Source: Cenococcum geophilum
Lineage: Eukaryota
Length of the DNA: 64,000 bases
Assembly (NCBI GenBank): GCA_050273025.1
Contig: CP158635.1
Location: 29,822,001 to 29,886,000 of the forward strand
Reading direction: 5' to 3'
The notes beneath the pieces were generated by a model, which was not told the DNA's origin, did no database searches, and worked only from the letters and a program-made list of their open reading frames with translations. Below are positions 1-13,013 of this stretch, piece by piece; the stretch's first letter is position 1; the number at the start of each line of letters is the position of its first letter. Both the position numbers and the translations under genes were made by a program.

Positions 1-1287
1 ATTAGCTTTGCGCTATATTATAATTTCTAATTTAACTTTAGTTATTGCGTACTCTACGTCTTATATAACTATAGAACTCTATTTTAGCCTCTCTTAGCCT
101 ATTCCCTTTAGAAGATCCTATTATTAATCTTAATCACTTAATCTATTAATTCCCTTAGGGTGTCCGCATCTTCTATTAGAATAATTACGTTCTAAACTTT
201 AGCCTTAAGTCCCTGTTTATACTGTGCTATAAGCGCCTTATTATTCTATTTAACCTATATAGCAAGTATTTAAAACTATATTATATACTTAATTACTAAA
301 GTTTACTATATTAGGTCCTAAAGCTTTCTCTTTATTATAGTTATTACTTCCAGGTCCCTAAATATCTATATTAATTATTCCGCGAATCCTACCTAGCTAA
401 AAAACATAAATTATACCTCTTAATTAGTAGTAGTTATTCTATTAGTCTATATTTCCGTTAAGTAGGGTTTAAACTATTTAAGTGCCTAACCTAATAGGAA
501 TAGTCCTATATAGGCTACCTAATCTATTATTATAGCTAACTTAGCCCCTTCCTATATAACTTTAAAATGTATTTATATTAGGAATCCTTTAAGCTTTAAT
601 CTTTTACCTAAGAATTGTTTAATTAAAAGTAACTTAACCTTTACTGCTCCGATCCCATTAAGTCTTTCTTTAAATATTTAGTTATTCTTATTTAACCTAT
701 TAATAATTTCCTATAACTATCCAACCGTAACTAGTTATAAGTTAGTATCTTATATACTTATATCTCCACTTAACCTTAAAGTAGTTACTGCCGTTAATAG
801 CATTATGGTAGCTACTTTTAGTGGCATATTATTTAACTTCTTAAAACTGTAACTGTGGTAGTAATTATATAATAGAGCCTTATAGCAAGAACTACGATAG
901 ACTTATTAATAGGCTAGGTATATAGGTATTACCGGAAGTTAATAACGTAATAATAACTAGTGGAGTAGTTGCCTAATAGATTAACTCTAATTATATTCTA
1001 AGAATTACTATAAGGAAGGAACTATCTAGGTAGGGACTACAGGTCCTTAAATACACAACTATACTCCTATAAAATCCTCCTTATACGTGATATACGTATT
1101 ATACATATTATACGTATTGTATACCGCATACACTGCGTATACTGCGTATAACATTATATAACTCGCTTACCATTCTTCGTTATATGGTTCCACGGGTTCC
1201 ATCCTAAACCGTGCTTATATTAACTAACTAGCTTCTTCCAACTCTTCTCCAAGTAGTCGTAACATCGTACTTAAAGCGTTTATAATA
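1..1287 (-). mobile_element. Ty3/Gypsy family A, 5' part (5' LTR 868-1287 plus gag), RIP-degraded; runs off the window
   Basis: 868-1287 is the reverse complement of the LTR at 4725-5144 (same termini and flanks); 1-867 is the reverse complement of the gag region at ~5145-6270. Inserted into the plus-strand copy that resumes at 1288. Confidence 0.9.
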
Positions 1288-4200
1288 TCTAAGATTCTAA
1301 AGAAAGGATAAGGATAGCTTAAGGACCTATAACGGACGAAAACCGATAGAATAGAGCAATAGCTTAGTTTAAAGATATAAAAATAAGCTTGGGATAAGAG
1401 TTCCTAATGGCACAAGACTCTTAAAACGAGATAAGTGAGATTTAAGATTCTTAAGACGAGATAAGAACACCCTAAAAGCCTAGTTAGACTAAGGCTAGAG
1501 CGCAGCTTAAGAGAGAAGTAAGCTTAGGATTAAGGATCCTAGGGAACTAAGAATTTAAAAAACAAATAAAGGCACCCATAGGCAGGGAGTAAGAGACTCC
1601 GTTATGGATTAGAGAATCCGCAATATAAACAGTAGTTAGGCTAGGAGACAAATATATAGACCTAGAGGACTTACTAGGGGAACGTAGTATTTAGCCTAAA
1701 GATTAAAAAGTTAATACTAAGATTAAGAAGTAAGATAACTTTAAGGATCCGCTTATAAGACGCGAACGAAAAGAAACTATAGATAAATTTAAAGCAAGAA
1801 TTACCGCATAGTAAGAATAGAAACTAGATAAGAGATTTAGTATATTAGGACGTATAAGGGATAGAGCGCTAGTATAAAAAATTACTAATAGGTCAAGAAC
1901 AGGCACACTAAGGGCTAAGTGGCTTACTAAACTAGAATAAGAAGAGGATCTAGGGATTTTAACTAGATTTAAGGAACGATATATAAAAGGCTATCACAAT
2001 ATAGTAATAAGGAGATACTTTCTTACGGATAGACCGTATATACTTAAAAAACTGTATTAAAAGTGGTATAGGCAAAGACACAATAATAAGTGGGAAGATT
2101 TCTATATGTGGCTAGACGAAAAAGTTATCTAAAACCAACTAATTACGGAAAAAGTAATAACTTATATTATAGGAGCTTTAATTATAACATTAAAGGATCT
2201 AAAGGAGCAATTAGAGGACTAGAGAAGTAAAAGGTAAATTTTAATACCTGCGAATAAAGTTATAATACTCAGATTAACGCAATATAGGTTTAAACTTAAG
2301 GACAAAGACGAGCTAAGAGTTAACCTAAAATACTAGGTATATTATACACTATTATGGATAGTATATATAGATAATACGTGCAATATATATAGAGCACTAA
2401 AAGATAAAAACCGGAAGTATCTAGTAAGGATATATTAGGCACCGGATAAGGCAAAATACCAAAATGCTAAGTATATATATAGTTAGCACCTAGTAGAAGT
2501 TCAAGAATAAGGGGACTTAATACTTTAGCCAGGAAGATTCCTTACAGAAGAATGCCTAGATAGACGACAATGGTGGGAATATCCAGAAAACACCTGTCTA
2601 TAGTATATTAAAGAAAAGAAGCAAACTAAGTATTAGCCTAAGTTAGACTAAGTATAAATAAAATCTAGTAGCTAATAGTTAGGAAAAGTGGAGGCCTACG
2701 GGACTAGAGGGAATTAGTGGTAAAACCTTAGACCCTTAAAGGAATTTAAGGACAACACCTAAATTTATAAGTTAAATGGTAAGATTAATAGTTTAAGGCA
2801 CTAATAGATAGTAGGGCGATAAGGAACTATATCTCGCCAATAATAGTTAAAAGGATGGGGCTACTATATAGACAAAAGGAGCATCCTTATCTATTAGTTA
2901 TAATTTTAGGAGATGCGATAGCCTATAGAGGAGGTATCATCAACCTTAAAATAGGACCTATTTAGTTAACTATTAAAGGGAGATAAATTAAGATGTCTTT
3001 TAATATCCTACTATTAGGAAAGGATAAGGCGATACTAGGGATACCTTAGTTACAGGAATACAATCTAAAGATTAATTGGGTTATAGGTTAGGTCGATATT
3101 AGAGATACTTAACGCTATAAGATGCAATAACAAACCAAGATAGTATAGTACTAAGTTGGAGCGATATATAAAGAGACCAATTAAGGATTAAGTTATATAC
3201 TAAAGCAATACCACAAATATGGTAAAAAACTATGGTCACTAGAAAGTAAAAAACTATTAGATTATATAGCATAGGACTATAAGATAGAACTAAAACTAGA
3301 AATAAGTCTAAGGTTCTTTCCAATTTATAAGCTTATTAAAGAGGAAGGTAGAGCACTTAAAGAGTTTATCTAGGAAAACTTATAAAAGGGATATATTAGA
3401 CTATCGCAGTTATTAGTAGAATATCCAGTACTATTCGTACTAAAGAAAAATAGAAAACTAAGACTATGCATTAACTATAGACAGTTAAACAATATCACCA
3501 GAAAGGATAGGTATCCTTTACCCTTAATTAGCAAAATCTAAGACAGGATTAGTAATATATAAATCTTTACAAAGATAGATCTAAGGTAGGTATATTATTA
3601 GCTTAGAATTAAGGAAGGCAACGAATAAAAGGCAGCCTTTAGGTTAAAGGAAGGACTATATAAGCTATTAGTTATACAATTCGGGCTTATAAACGCACTA
3701 GTAATGTTCCAGAAGCGTATTAACAATATATTAAGAGAATACTTGGATGAATTTGTTATAGTATACCTTAACAATATTATTATCTACTTAATAAGCGAGA
3801 AAGAATATAGAGAACACGTTAAATGGGTTTTAAAGAGACTATATAAAGAATAGATGCTAGTAATAATTAAGAAATACGAGTTCTTTACTAGGAAGATAGA
3901 TTTTATTAGATTTATTATTAAACTAGGCTAACTTAGTATAGATCTAAAGAAGATTAAGGCTATAGTGAATTAGTAGGAACTAGAGAATGTAATATAGTTA
4001 AGGTTATTCTTAGGGTTTTGCAATTACTGCAGAAGGTTTATAGCTTAATAGTTAGAGAATATTAAGTTATTTATAAGGTTAACTAAGAAAGAGGACCCTT
4101 AGATATAGGGAAAGGAGTATAAGAGATTGTTTAAAGAGGTTAAGGAGTTGTTTACTTAGGACCTAATCCTTAAGATCTACTAACTAAAGTTAGAGATAGT

Positions 4201-4724
4201 GGTTGAAACAAATATATTAGACTTTGCACTAGGAGTATACTTCCTATAAAAATATAAGGATGGATAGTACCTAGTAGCATACTATAGTCGGAAGATAATA
4301 CTACTAGAACTAAACTATAACATCTATAATAAGGAGTTATTAGGTATAGTTATAGCGCTATAGGAATAGAGAGCATTTTTATAAGGTATAGAGAAACTAT
4401 TTATAATTAAAACAGATTATAAAAACCTAACGGGGTTCCTAATAATAAAAGAACTTAACTAAAGATAAGTTAGATAGGTAGAAATGCTTATAGAATACCA
4501 TTTTAAGATTTAGTATACTAAGGGTATAGATAATACACAAGCAGACGCTCTAAGTAGGAAGGCTAAACTATAAAATGATAAAAAGCCATTAGGGGCTTTA
4601 CTGCGAAAAGATATAGACGGATTAATTAGATATAATTATCCAAAGATTACAGCAATATAAGAAGAAAAGATTTATAAATTACTAGAGAGTAAATAAATAT
4701 AAAAGATCTAAGAGGTATAGGCAG
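1288..4724 (+). mobile_element. Ty3/Gypsy family A host copy (gag extension, protease, RT, RNase H), continues at 13014-13537
   Basis: Colinear with ~7085-10520. RT motif reads YLNNIIIY (RIP of YLDD) at ~3763; RNase H NYNIYNKELL at ~4312; many TAA/TAG stops from RIP. Confidence 0.9.
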
Positions 4725-5144
4725 TATTACGGACGCTTTAAGTACGATATTACGACTACTTAGAGAGGAGTTGGAAGAAGCTAGTTGGTTAATATAAGCA
4801 CAGTTTAGGATGGAACCCGTAGAACTATATAACAAGGAATAGTAAGCAGAGTCACGTAATATAATCTATATAATCTATATAATCTACAAGATCTATAATA
4901 GAGCGAATAGAGCAGATAGAGCAGACAGAGTAACGACTTTCTTAGAAGTACGGTTGTGTATTTAAGGACCCTTAGTCCCTACCTAGATAGTTCCTTCCTC
5001 GTAGTAATTCTTAGAATATAATTAGAGTTAATCTATTAGGCAATTACTCTACTAGTTATTATTATATTATTAACTTCTGGTAATACCTATATACCTAGCC
5101 TATTAACAAGTCTACCGTAGTTCTTACTATAAGGCTCCGTTATA
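4725..5144 (+). repeat. 5' LTR of family A element (420 bp)
   Basis: Direct repeat of 12598-13008, differing mainly by transitions and one 9-bp unit. Confidence 0.95.
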
Positions 5145-5578
5145 TAATCACTACTACGGTTATAGTTTTAAGAAGTCAAATAATATACCACCAAAAGCAG
5201 CTACTATAACGCCGTTAACGGCAGTAACTACTTTAAGGTTAAGTGGAGATATAAGTATATAAGATACTAACTTATAACTAGTTACGGTTAGGCAGTTATA
5301 GGAAATTATTAATAGGTTAAATAAGAACAACTAAATACTTAAAGAAAGACTTAATGGGATTAGAGCAGTAAAGGTTAAGTTACCTTTAATTAAATAATTC
5401 TTAGGAGAGAGATTAAAGCTTAAAGGATTCCTAACGTAAATATATTTTAAAGTTATATAAAAAGGGGCTAAGTTAGCTATAATAATAGATTAGATAGCCT
5501 ACGCAGGACTATTTCTATTAGGTTAGGCACTTAAATAGTTTAAACCCTACTTAATAGAAATATAGACTAATAGAATAA

Positions 5579-5829
5579 TAATAATTCATTGCTTGACGTC
5601 CGATTCGGATCCCTACTGGGCCCACGCGGACTACTCCTTATTTACATGTGGGGAGAAAACTCTATTTAAGAAAAATGAGAAAACCCCGTGATCCATCTCC
5701 CCGCCTTTTGGGACTCGCCTGCTTAGCGCCTGCAAGTCGCCTGTGGTGCTCTACTACCTTACTGTTTGACCTCCTTGGGAACCACTGCTGCCGTAACAAG
5801 CCTATGGACGCGCTAGTATTACAAACTTT
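5579..5829 (-). mobile_element. Short non-LTR-type insertion (5'-truncated LINE or SINE-like)
   Basis: Interrupts gag (uninterrupted homolog at ~420-480 on the minus strand). 16-bp TSD TAGACTAATAGAATAA (5563-5578 / 5830-5845); short (TAA)n tail at the left end; much less RIPed than the host. Confidence 0.7.
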
Positions 5830-8800
5830 TAGACTAATAGAATAACTACTACTAATTAAAAGGTACGATATATATTTTTTAGCTAGGTAGGATTTATAAA
5901 ATAATTAATATAGATATTTAGGGACCTAGAAGTAATAGTTATAGTAAAGAAAAAGCTTTAGAACCTAATATAGTAAACTTTAGTAATTAAGTATATAATA
6001 TAGTTTTAAATACTTACTATATAGGTTAAATAGAATAATAGGGCGCTTATAGTATAGTATAAATAGGGACTTAAGGTTAAAGTCTAGGACATAATTATTT
6101 TAATAGAAGATATAAACACCCTAAGGAAATTAATAGATTAAGTAATTAAGATTAATAATAGGATCTTCTAAAGGGAATAGGCTAAGAGGGGCTAAGATAG
6201 AGTTCTATAGTTATATAAGATATAAAGTATATAACAATTAAAGCTAAGTTAGAAACTATAGTATAGCGTAGAGTTAATAGACCTAAGTAGTACTAAAAAA
6301 ACCTATAAGAGATAAAGTAAGAAACTATAGAAACCTAGAGGTTAAGGATTAAATAATTATAGGACTAAGGAGCATAGGCTAAACTAAGGATCTTAGTAGT
6401 AGAAGATATTTAAACAGACTCTATAATAAAAGCAATAGTTTAAAAAAAGAGCTTATATAAATTACGGAAAATAGGGTTATTTTACTAGAGACTATAGAGG
6501 TGGTTAGAGTTATTATATAGTAAAGGGAACTAGACTAATAGTATATAATATATATATATAGAGGGATAATAGTATACTGTAAGGAACAAAAGAATATTTA
6601 ATTAAAAGTTTTGCGTTTTATTATAATAACGTATATTAAATTTATAAAGACGCTAAGTATAGTACAAGCTATTAGCTATAAGAGCTAGAGTTAAAAGGAC
6701 TTAAAGAAATTAAAGAGTTAGATAAAGAATAGGATTAACTTTATAAGCTAAATTAAGATATTATAGTAACGTACGGATAATAATTAGTAATAATAATAAT
6801 AGAGTTGGAGTACTTATTAATTAATAGCAATAAGAATAGTAAGGGAACTAACTAGGGGTATCTAAACCTTAATAATGTAATAAAAGTAGAGACTAAGACC
6901 GCTATAAAGTAAGGTTTAGTAACAGGTATTATAATACCATTAGATACGGCATCTATTGCTTTATAAAATAGAAGGAGTAATATCTAAAGACAATTAAGTA
7001 AGCAGACAACTGCTAGTACTAGCTTACCACTTAATAAAGGTAAAAGGCTAAAGGCTTAAGATTCTTAAGACGAGATAAAAGATAACTAAAATTCTTAAGA
7101 TAAGATAAGGTAAGCTTAAAGACCTATAACGGACGCAAACTAATAGAGTAGAGTAATAGCTTAGTTTAAATATATATAAATAAGTACGGGATAAGTATTC
7201 CTAATGGTATAAAATTCTTAAGACGAGATAAGTAAGATTTAAGATTCTTAAGATAAGATAAGAATACTAGTAAAGCCTAGTTAAACTAAGGCTAGAGCTA
7301 AGCTTAAGTTAGAAGTAAGCTTAGAATTAAAGAATCTAAGGGATTAAGAATTTGGAGTGCGAATTAAGACACCTATAAGTAAGAGGTAAGGAGCTTCTTT
7401 ATAGATTAAAGAATCTATAATATAAATAGCAGTTAGATTAGGAGATAGATATATAGACCTAAAGGACTTACTAGTTAAACAAGACGTTTAGACTAAAGAT
7501 TAAAAAATTAATATAGCAATTAAGAAGTAAGAGAACTTTAAGGATCTAATTATAAAATATAAATAATAAGAAACTATAGAAGAGTTTAGAGCAAGAATTA
7601 TTATATAGTAAGAAAAGAAACTAGATATAAGATTTAGTATATTAGGACGTATAAAGGATAGAGCACTAGTATAAAGAATTACTAATAGGCTAAGAATAGG
7701 CATACTAAGAACTAAGTAGCTTATTAAATTAGAAAACGAAGAGGATCTAGGGATTCTTACTAGGTTTAAAGAACAATATATAAAGGGCTGTTATAACGTA
7801 GTAATAAGAAGATACTTCCTTATAAATAGACTGTATACACTCTAGTAGCTATATTAAAAGTGGTATAAGTAACGACATAATAATAAATAGGAAGATTTCT
7901 ATATATAGTTAGACAAAAAAGTTATTTAAGACTACCTAATTATGGAAAAAGCAATAAATTATATTAAGGGAGCCTTAATTATAATATTAAAGGATCTAAA
8001 GAAACGATTAAAGGACTAAAAAAGTAAAAAGCGCGTCTTAGTACCTATAAATAAAGTTATAACGTTTAGATTAGTACGATAGAGGTTTAAACTTAAAGAT
8101 AAAGATAAGCTAAGAGTTAACCTAAAGCACCTAGCATACTATACGCTATTATAGATTGCATATATAGATAATATATATAAGATATATAAGAATCTAAAAG
8201 AAAAAAAATTAGAAATACCCTATAAGGATATACTAGATAATAGATAAATAATAGTATAGGAATACTAAGTATATACACGGCTGGCATCTAGCAAAAGTCT
8301 AAGAGAAAGGAAATTTAATACACTAACCAGGAAGATTCCTTATGGAAGAATGCTTAGATAGATAATAATAGTAGAAATATCTAGAGAATACCTATCTATA
8401 GTATATTAAAGACAAAAAGTGAACTAGGTATTAGCTAAAGAATAAGCTAAGTGTAATAGGATTAAGCGGCTAATAGTTAGAAAAAGTAGAGGCCTATAGG
8501 ACTAGAGGGAGCCAATAGTAGAGCCTTAAACCCTTAAAGAAATTTAAGAATAACACCTAAACCTAAGAGTTAAATGGTAAGATTAGTAGTTTAAAGTATT
8601 AGTAGATAGTAGAGTAATAAAGAACTATGTCTTATTAGCAGTAGTTAAACGGATAGGGCTACTATATAGGTAAAAAGAGCACCCTTATCTATTAGTAACA
8701 ATTTTAGGAGATCTAATAACCTATAAAGGAGGCATTATTAATCTTAAAACAGGACTAATTTAGATAACTATTAAAGGAAGATAAATTAAGATGTCTTTTA

Positions 8801-11800
8801 ATATATTACTATTAGGGAATAATAAGGCAGTACTAGGAATGCCTTAGTTATAGAAATATAATCTAAAGATTAATTAAGTTATAGGTTAGGTTGATATTAG
8901 AGATATATAATAACGTAAAATACAATAATAAACTAAGTTAGTATAGTATTAGGTTAGAGCAATATATAAGGAGACTAATTAAGGATTAAGTTATATATTA
9001 AAGAGATACTATAAGTATAGTAAGAAGCTATAGTTACTAGAAAGTAAAAAGCTGTTAGAGTATATAGTATAGGACTATAAAATAGAACTAGAACTAGAAA
9101 TAAGTTTAAGGTTCTACCTAACTTATAAGTTAATAGAAAAAAAGTTATAGGCACTTAAGGAGTTTATCTAGGAAAATCTTTAAAAGGGATATATTAGACT
9201 ATTATAGTTATTAGCGGGATATCTAGTACTATTTATACTAAAGAAGAATAGAAAACTTAGGCTATATATTAACTATAGACAGTTAAACAGCATTACTAGG
9301 AAGGATAGGTATCCTTTACCCTTAATTAGCAAAATTTAAGATAGAATTAGTAATATGTAAATCTTTATAAAGATAGATCTAAGATAAGCGTACTATTAAA
9401 TTAGAATTAAGGAAGGTAATAAATAAAAGGCAGCCTTTAGGTTAAAGGAAGGACTATATAAACCACTAATTATACAATTTAGGCTTATAAATGCACTAGT
9501 AATGTTTTAGAAGCGTATTAATAATATATTAAGAGAATACTTAGACGAATTTATTATAGTATACCTTAATAATATTATTATCTACTTAATAAGTAAGGAA
9601 GAATATAGAGAATATATTAAATAGGTTTTAAAGAGACTATAGGAAGAATAAATGCTAGTAGTAATTAAGAAATGCGAATTTTTCACTAGGAAGACAGATT
9701 TCGTTAAATTTTATTATTAAACTAGGCTAACTTAGCATAGATCTAAAGAAGATTAAGGCTATAGTAAATTAGCAAGAACTAGAAAATATAATATAATTAA
9801 GGTTATTTCTAGGGTTCTATAATTACTATAGAAGGTTTATAGCTTAATAGTTAAAGAATATTAAGCCACTTACAAGATTAATAAAGAAAGAAGAACTATA
9901 GGTATAAAGAGAGGAATAAAAGGAACTGTTTAAGAGGATTAAACAGTTATTCACCTAGGAGCCAGTTCTTAAAATCTATTAACTATAGTTAAAGACAATA
10001 GTTAAAACGGATGTATTAGACTATATACTAAAAGCGTACTTCCTATAAAAATATAAAGATAGATAATACCTAGTAGCATACTATAGTTAAAAGATAACAC
10101 TACCAGAACTGAACTATAACATCTATAATAAGGAGTTATTAGGTATAGTTACAGTACTAAAAAAATAGAGATCGTTCTTATAAGGTATAGAAAAACTATT
10201 TATAGTTAAGACGGATTATAAGAACCTAATAAGGTTCCTAATAATAAAAGAACTTAATTATAGATAGGTTAGATAGGCGGAGATACTTATAGAATACTAT
10301 TTTAAGATTTAGTATATTAAGGGTACAGAGAATACACAAGTAGATGCTCTAAGTAAAAAGGCTAAACTATAAAATAAGGAAAAGCTATTAGGGGCTTTAT
10401 TACAAAAAAATATAGACAGATTAATTAGGTATAATTATCCAAAAATTATAGCAATATAAAAAAAACAGATTTATAAATTATTAAAGAGTAATTAAATATA
10501 AAAGATCCTAGATATATAAACGGAGGATCTAAACTTAGAGTAGTATAAAAATTAAGAAGTAATATATATACCGAGATCTATTATAAAGGAGTTTATTAAG
10601 TTATTTTATAAGGGACTAACTTAAGGATATAATAGAGCTATAGGCTTAGTATTAAGACTTTAAGAGGAGTATATTATTAATAGAATTTAGGGACTAGCCA
10701 GATAAGTTATAAAAGAATATCTAGATTACTAAAGGAATAAACTAATAAGGTATAAGCTATATAAAGAGCTATAACCTATTAAAATACTAGAGAGACTATA
10801 GGAGGTTATATTATGGGACTTTATTATTAAGTTACTAAAGTTAAAAGATCCTATTACCGGATAAGATTATAACGCAATCTTAGTAATAGTAGATAAGCTT
10901 ATAAAGTGGGGATACTTTATAGCATATTTAGAAGAAGTATTAGCAAAAGATGTTACTAGAATCTATATTAAAGAAGTATTTATAAAATATAGAGCATTAA
11001 GCAAGATTATATTAAATAGAGATCTAAGATTTATAGCAGTATTCTAGGAAGTGTTCTTAGTAGAGTAAGGAGTTTAAGCAGTAACTTCTACCGTATATTA
11101 TTTATAGATAGACGGTTAAACGGAAAGATTAAATTAGATACTAGAATAGTATTTAAGGTATTATATTAATTATATATAGAATAATTAGGTATCACTATTA
11201 CCAGTTATATAGTTTATATATAATATAACACTATAAGAAGGAATAGGTATATTACTATTTAAGGCAAATTATGGATATAAGCTAAGGACCTTATTATCGC
11301 TATATTAAGTAAAGAAAATAAATAGTATAGTTAAGTAAAGAATAAAGAGTTTAATAAATCTTTATATAGACCTTACGGAAATAGCTAAGACGGTATAATA
11401 AAGAATGAAAAAGTACTATAATGCTAAGAGATCTAAGGGACTAGATCTTAAGGAGGGAGATAAAGTATAGCTACTATATAAAAATTTTAAGAGTTAATAA
11501 CTAAGTAAGAAGTTAGACTATGTTAGACTAGGACCTTTTAAAATTAAATAGAGAATTTCACTAGTTATATTTAAGTTAAACCTACTAGCTAGAATAAAGA
11601 TCTACCCTATATAGTATATTACAATACTAGAGCCAGTATATAGAAATATTAAGCTACCGGTTTATAAAGTAGATATATATAAAGGACAAGAGGAAGACAA
11701 ATAGTAAGTTTTAAAGATCGTTAATTATAAGGACGTAGACGATGAAATATAGTATAAAGTAAAGTAGATAGGCTATAATAAGACTACTTAGGAACTACTA

Positions 11801-11859
11801 AAAAACCTAAAGAACGCTATAGGAAAGGTATAGGAGTATTAAAAGAGAAAAGGTTAGGT

Positions 11860-12489
11860 AATATTAATAAAGGGGAATCACTAAAGAATAAGTTACCTAA
11901 GGGGGACCTAGGAAGAGCGACTGCCAAACTACTTAGAGTTGTTTCCTTCTCTATTGGAAGAGAATCCATTTTTTTATTACTAAGTTCCTATAAACCTTGT
12001 TTTATAAGTTTCCACTCCTTAAAACGGACCTTCTCGCGAACTTTCTTAAAATAAATTAACTAAGTAAATATAGTAAGACGAGAATTAAGAGCCTGCTGTT
12101 AAGTATTAGCAGCCTCTTTCTTAGCATTACGTGAATAATAAAGTTCCGCTAAAGAGACGGACAGCTTATTATTAAGCTTTATAGCAGCAAATTAAATACG
12201 AGACCCTATAATATATTACTTAGGGAACTTAGAGACTATTAAGAGTTATAGGACATATATACTTAGCGTTAGAAACTAAGCGAATATTATAAAATAACTA
12301 AACGTTTGCTTTAGTACACTTTAAATAAAAGGAGGGTTGCTAGGACGAAGGACTCGCTAATATAATATAGACTAACCCCTCTTTCGCATAATAAGAACAT
12401 GGAGATAGCATTACTTTACCAAGCAATAGTATAGAAGAGACTGTACGCGTACGACGAAGAGTTAAAGAAAAAGAAGGTGCTTTAGGCAT
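11860..12489 (-). pseudogene. Antisense TE-borne accessory gene (Zn2Cys6-like cluster plus coiled coil), RIP-damaged, copy 1
   Basis: ATG at 12489; exon 1 12489-12261 (76 codons + 1 nt), 55-nt intron 12260-12206, exon 2 in frame from 12205. TGT/TAT codons at positions 31, 34, 41, 55, 58, 67. Homologous copy at 57600-58635. 3' end approximate. Confidence 0.75.
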
Positions 12490-12597
12490 TATAAGTAATA
12501 ATATTAACCAAATTAATTAGACGGACATTATACCTCTAATAAACGACTTAGAGATGCTAGGTATCTTTAAGGATAAAAATAGAGAGGAGGGAGATAG

Positions 12598-13008
12598 TAT
12601 TACGGACGCTTTAAGTACGATATTATGACTACTTAGAGAGGAGTTAGAAGAAGCTAGTTAGTTAATACAAGCACGGTCCAGAATGGAACCCGTAGAACTA
12701 TATAATAAGAAATAGTAAGTAGAGTTACGTAATATAATCTGTGTAATCTATATAATCTATAAGATCTGTAATAGAGTAAATAGAGTAGATAGAGCAACGA
12801 CTTTCTTAGGAGTACAGTTGTGTATTTAAGGACCCTTAGTCCCTACCTAGATAGTTCCTTCCTTGTAGTAATTCTTAGAATACAATTGGAGTTAATCTAT
12901 TAGGTAACCACTCCACCAGTTATTATTACATTATTAACTTCCGGTAATACCTATATACCTAGCCTATTAATAAGTCCACCGTAGTTTTTACTATAAGGCT
13001 CCGTTATA
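12598..13008 (+). repeat. 3' LTR of family A element (411 bp)
   Basis: Preceded by the polypurine tract and followed by TSD GGCAG. Confidence 0.95.
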
Positions 13009-13013
13009 GGCAG

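Larger units (their letters stand above)
4725..13008 (+). mobile_element. Full-length Ty3/Gypsy chromovirus, family A, RIP-inactivated
   Basis: LTRs 4725-5144 and 12598-13008 (TATTAC...GTTATA = RIP of TG...CA); perfect 5-bp TSD GGCAG (4720-4724 / 13009-13013); PPT AGAGAGGAGGGAGATAG at 12581-12597; gag CCHC relic ~6450-6500; PR, RT, RH, INT; chromodomain relic ~11690-11840. Confidence 0.95.

Noticed and set aside
1703..7703. Hydrophobic I/L/Y/S-rich short ORFs (1703-1906, 3099-3323, 4647-4835, 7500-7703) resembling small membrane proteins
   Set aside because: Antisense to RIPed gag-pol/LTR sequence; the composition is a by-product of RIP.
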